A DNA stretch of 64,000 bases from Klebsormidium nitens (taxonomy: Eukaryota > Plantae > Klebsormidiophyceae): assembly GCA_000708835.1 (NCBI GenBank), contig DF236982.1, positions 186,001 through 250,000 on the forward strand, written 5' to 3'. A program made the position numbers and the translations under genes. How positions within the stretch are numbered: the first letter of the stretch is position 1; the number at the start of each line of letters is the position of its first letter. Under the pieces are notes generated by a model. It was given only the letters and a program-made list of their open reading frames with translations, made no database searches and had not been told where the DNA came from. This document shows, in pieces, positions 48,787 through 64,000 of the stretch.

Positions 48787-49539
48787 CAAAAGGCCTGCAA
48801 ATTGAAGCAAACAAAGCCTTGTTGCTTCTCTAAGACAACTGATATGATTCAAATAATGCGGAAGGGAAAGCTTGTGAAGGTGAACCCTTTCAATCAGGGT
48901 GTCATCGCCCTAGAACGGAACCCTAGAAGTAGCTGAGCTCAGACTCATCTGAGCTGAGCGCAATTCTGAAAGTTCTCCGTATTCGACCAGCCATTACCAT
49001 GCACGTGTACTTACCTATCTTATTGAAACGGTAAAGGTTACCGCGGAGTTGCCCCTCATTCGTGCATTTTGGCGCGAACTGCCACATCAGCTGAGCCAGG
49101 TCATCAAGTCCATTGCCTCAAAGCCGTCCGATGGAAAACCGAAGCAGCTTTCTCCGTCGATGATAGTTTCTCCCGCCAGATCGCTTCAAGGGCTGTGGCA
49201 CTCAGGGTAGTACCAGTAGCACCGTGACAGCCTTGCAAGCATACCGCATTGAACCACTTGACTCTCAAATCTTGCCTCCTGAGTCTCGAGTTTTGACTGG
49301 AAAAGCAATCAGTTTGCGCTTCAGTAGCGCTTGCTTGAGAGTTGAGTAGGTGAAGCGCTAGAGCTGTCGTTCAGCGTTCTCCGCGTTTCGCAGTGACGGG
49401 CAATTGACACGCTCTGAGGCGCGCAGAGTTGGGCGGATATTTGTTGAAAGCTAAGGGGCTTTTGTTGGCAGAACGAGACGGATTCTTGTGCAACGCTTTG
49501 TAGAGAAGGGCAGGCGAATCTTATTTCTGAGGGCAAAGG

Positions 49540-60840
<11,301 letters not shown>

Positions 60841-62784
60841 GGCCAGAGCGATCGGCCATGCAAAGCCTTGAGGGTTTGAGCGGCGTTTTGTCTCTGCTGT
60901 AATGGTGTAATGGTTATTTGCGAAGTTGAAAATGAGGATCGAAGAAGGTTGACTCGATTTGTTGGACGACCATTACAAAGCGGATAGGAGTTGAGACAAG
61001 AGTTCAATGGAGACCGCGAAATACATCGATTGCAGTTACCAACATTCTGCGCAACACTTGATGACCGCGCACTTGATGAACCAGGGGACAGGTCCTTTTA
61101 CACGATACCATGCAATTCCCTTTGAACTTCACTTGCTTCCTTTTGATAGATTCTGATTTTCAACGTGACCGCTATTTGCGCATTGCCATTCCCATCTACA
61201 TTCTAGAAATGACGAGGACACATGCAGTGAACTTGCATATCCGTGTCCGACTGTCTAGGCGGCGGGAATACGCACTATCAATGTCAGGATGCGCTGTCGG
61301 CGCCAGCTGGCCGGCATTATGCACCCGACAACAAAGTTTTCTCATTAAAGCACAGCGTACCCCTGAGTGGTGACTAATTGCTAAAAGCGATGAATGCGAG
61401 GGCGGCCACACACTTTCCAAGCAGCGTACGGAGACGATCTGTTTCCGCTTCTGACGAGGAGGATGCGCTTCCGCTGCAGTTTGCGGAAGTGCGCTGCGTA
61501 ACTGTCGGCATGTCGAACGACATGCAGGCGGCCGCTTTCCTCCTTGCCAGTGTTTACACGTGACTGCTCGCGCGCACAGCACTATATGGGCCGGAAACAA
61601 CCAATCACGTCCAAGCAGTCCCGCAGATCGACGGTGCACTGAGCCGGCTTTTGAGGTCTCCTGCTGACATGGCATGAGTGAAAAGGGCGAAAAGGTAGAA
61701 AGCTTGCCAGCTGTCGGCCGTGGAAGCATGGATACGCATCGAATGGTTTTCCCATGAATGTGCGAGAAGAAGACTTCCTGAAGTGATGTCAGTGCAGGTT
61801 GCATCTTCGAGGCGCTAGCGCGCTTCCATTGTCCAGACGGCTAGGGCTACTTGTAAGGTCACCTGCAAGATGGGTTCCATGTCCTAGGTTAGGTTTAATA
61901 TCCATTTCAAAGGCGCTCGAAGCTTGGTTTGCGAAAGCAGCCCTGGGTGAGTTATATCCCTTCTGCAACCAAGACAATCAAGAGTGTTTCGGAAGTCCAT
62001 GTTTCCGCTTTTCCAGTCCTCCTCACAGCATGACCATTCTTGCATTTTTGTCGAAGGTCCGGCTTCTTGCAGGCAATTGTTGTATGCTTCATTTCCTCAA
62101 TTTGATATGGAAGAATCAACGATGTTTCTGGAAAAATGGGAAGGCGCTTTGATCAAGACTGGCGGTGTCAGGCATTGGCATACTTGTTCTGTTGTCTCAA
62201 TGGGTCCACAGGTGTTCTTTCTCATATGCTTGTCTAGGTGCCTTAACTCAGGACATGAGCCTGTTTCAATCTCGAAGCTGAGGAACTCATTAGAGACAGG
62301 GTATAATTAAAGCCTCTCATAAAGATGGATTTGCTGCACATCTGCGATTGAGGATGGCAGCTCTCTAATAGTTTGCCCAAAAACTGAGCGAGCTGTTTCA
62401 TCATAATATTCGCTCGCTCAATCACTCACTTGGTGCTCTGAACTACCCCGCAGGCTATCCGCTGGTGGCACTCACCCTGCGCCTGCATTAACGAGTTAGG
62501 GTCAACAAAAAGCGCCGTCCTGTTGAAGAGGGTTTCAGGTAGATCAAGGTTTGGTTTTGCCGTCCGCCGAAAGGCACAGCTGTTGTGGCTGCTGCACAAC
62601 AGGCAGAGCAGACAATGCGGCAAAGCGAAAGGCGAGAAAAGCCTTTCCGGAAACAGGCCTTGACTCGAGTGGTATGCTTCAAGTTGGGTCTCTCGCCACT
62701 AGTGGGGTTCCCACGTTAGGTAGTTTGACTGCCGGAATAAAGAGCGTGCTACTTTGCTGACAAGTTCTTAGCAACTAGGTTGGG

Positions 62785-63516
62785 ATGGCGGGGCCGCCGC
62801 TTGGTGCGGGCGGCGAGCGCAAGCCCTGGCACAGCGCTGAGTTGGAGGGTTTGGGGTCACTCGCGACTGGGTTGATGGCAAACATTCGGGAGGCATTGCG
62901 AAAGCTACAGGCAAGCCAGAGGAAAGATGCACGCTCCAAGAAAGGAAGTAAAAGAAGTGGAAGCGAGCGTCCTGCAAACGGTGAGGAGAGATCGGTGCAA
63001 GATGCAATGACGAGGAAGGGAAGTTGCGATACGCCTTCAGATGTAAGGCCGCGCGCGCGCAGACCGCCCGCCTGGTTAGCGGCGCTAACCCCTCCAGTTA
63101 GAAAGGCGCCCCCCCAGAACGAGTCCCTGTCTCCAATCCGGTTAGCGTCGCTAACCATGGCGTCCCCTCAGAGTGGCAACCACCATCGGCAGCCGGGGCC
63201 CTTCAGCCACCCCTCTAGTTTCCACCTCCCGGTGGATGTCACTTGGGGCGCCTGGGACGACGATGACATCAGCGACGACGTCCTCAGCGCTGATCTCAGC
63301 GTATCTTCCTCCGGCGAGGGCACTCGTGAGCTGGCGGGTTCAGCCAGGGGGGGAGAAGTGAGTACCAGTCAAGGGGAACAGGGGGAGGCGCTGTGCTATG
63401 AGATTGTGAAGGGGCGGAAGCGACGGTATGTAAAGGGCGCGGGGGGAAAGAGTAGCCGAAGGGGAAAAGCTGGATACACAGTGGTCGAGGAGGGGGAGAA
63501 GCGGAATCCATTTCAG
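62785..63516 (+). CDS. Probable large exon of an unknown low-complexity protein continuing past the window end
   Basis: The 311-codon ORF is GC-rich up to a CAG|GTGAGG donor at 63516/63517. No family was recognised. Confidence 0.45.
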
Positions 63517-64000
63517 GTGAGGGGACGAGCACGGAGCATGGAGGAAGCACGTGCGTCGCAGCCTTGGTTTTCTTGGAGTGATAGGCAATCAGTGGAACAT
63601 GGAATGCGCCAACCATGTTCATCGCCGAAGAGCACAAGAGGTGCTTGTTTGAAGAAGTGTCTGAATCTTTCTGCAGTTCGACGTTTTTTTGCGAGCCCTC
63701 TTCTTCGCACTAACAAATAGGAACTTCAACGCTGAGCAATCTTCTAAGCCTGCTCTTTTCAGGGTCCACGTTTTTTTGCCACTTTTCAGTTGTCAACGTC
63801 TTCAGCTGACCACTTTGGACTGCTCTGAAGGTTGTGCTACTGCCGCTAGGTTCTAGCCAAGCATAGTACTGATCTGATTCACATCTCCTAGAAGTAGAAG
63901 AGTACCTTCTTTTGCAGCCCTTTTACCGGGTCCTAGTCGATGATCTTCGCAGCATGTCGACTTATTTGTCAATGAGGGCGTGCCCAAAGCCCCTTGCTTT

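Overview
Intron-rich eukaryotic nuclear DNA. GC-rich exons, mostly GT-AG introns of about 0.1-2.5 kb and several plastid-type proteins suggest a streptophyte green alga, probably Klebsormidium-like (inference, not a database result). Spliced gene models read by eye, in order: metacaspase (-, runs off the window start); an unknown Gly/Ala-rich helical-repeat protein with Arg-Gly-bounded amphipathic segments (+); FAD-dependent monooxygenase (-); RCCR-like bilin reductase (+); two convergent DUF3598/BFA1-like paralogs, one with a 1-nt frameshift; plastid accA (+); a UIM/EF-hand protein (-); MCM4 (+); and the start of an unknown gene (+). Three patterns stand out. (1) Eleven introns in six genes hold degenerate tandem 'echo' copies of the adjacent exon edge plus its splice site, with a period of about 105-160 bp. 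(2) A ~105-bp G-quadruplex-like core recurs 7 times, and several copies are wrapped in different inverted-repeat arms. (3) The metacaspase sits head-to-head with a candidate Arg-cleaved membrane-active-peptide precursor. No rRNA, tRNA or CRISPR array was recognised. All exon coordinates are manual and need RNA-seq confirmation.
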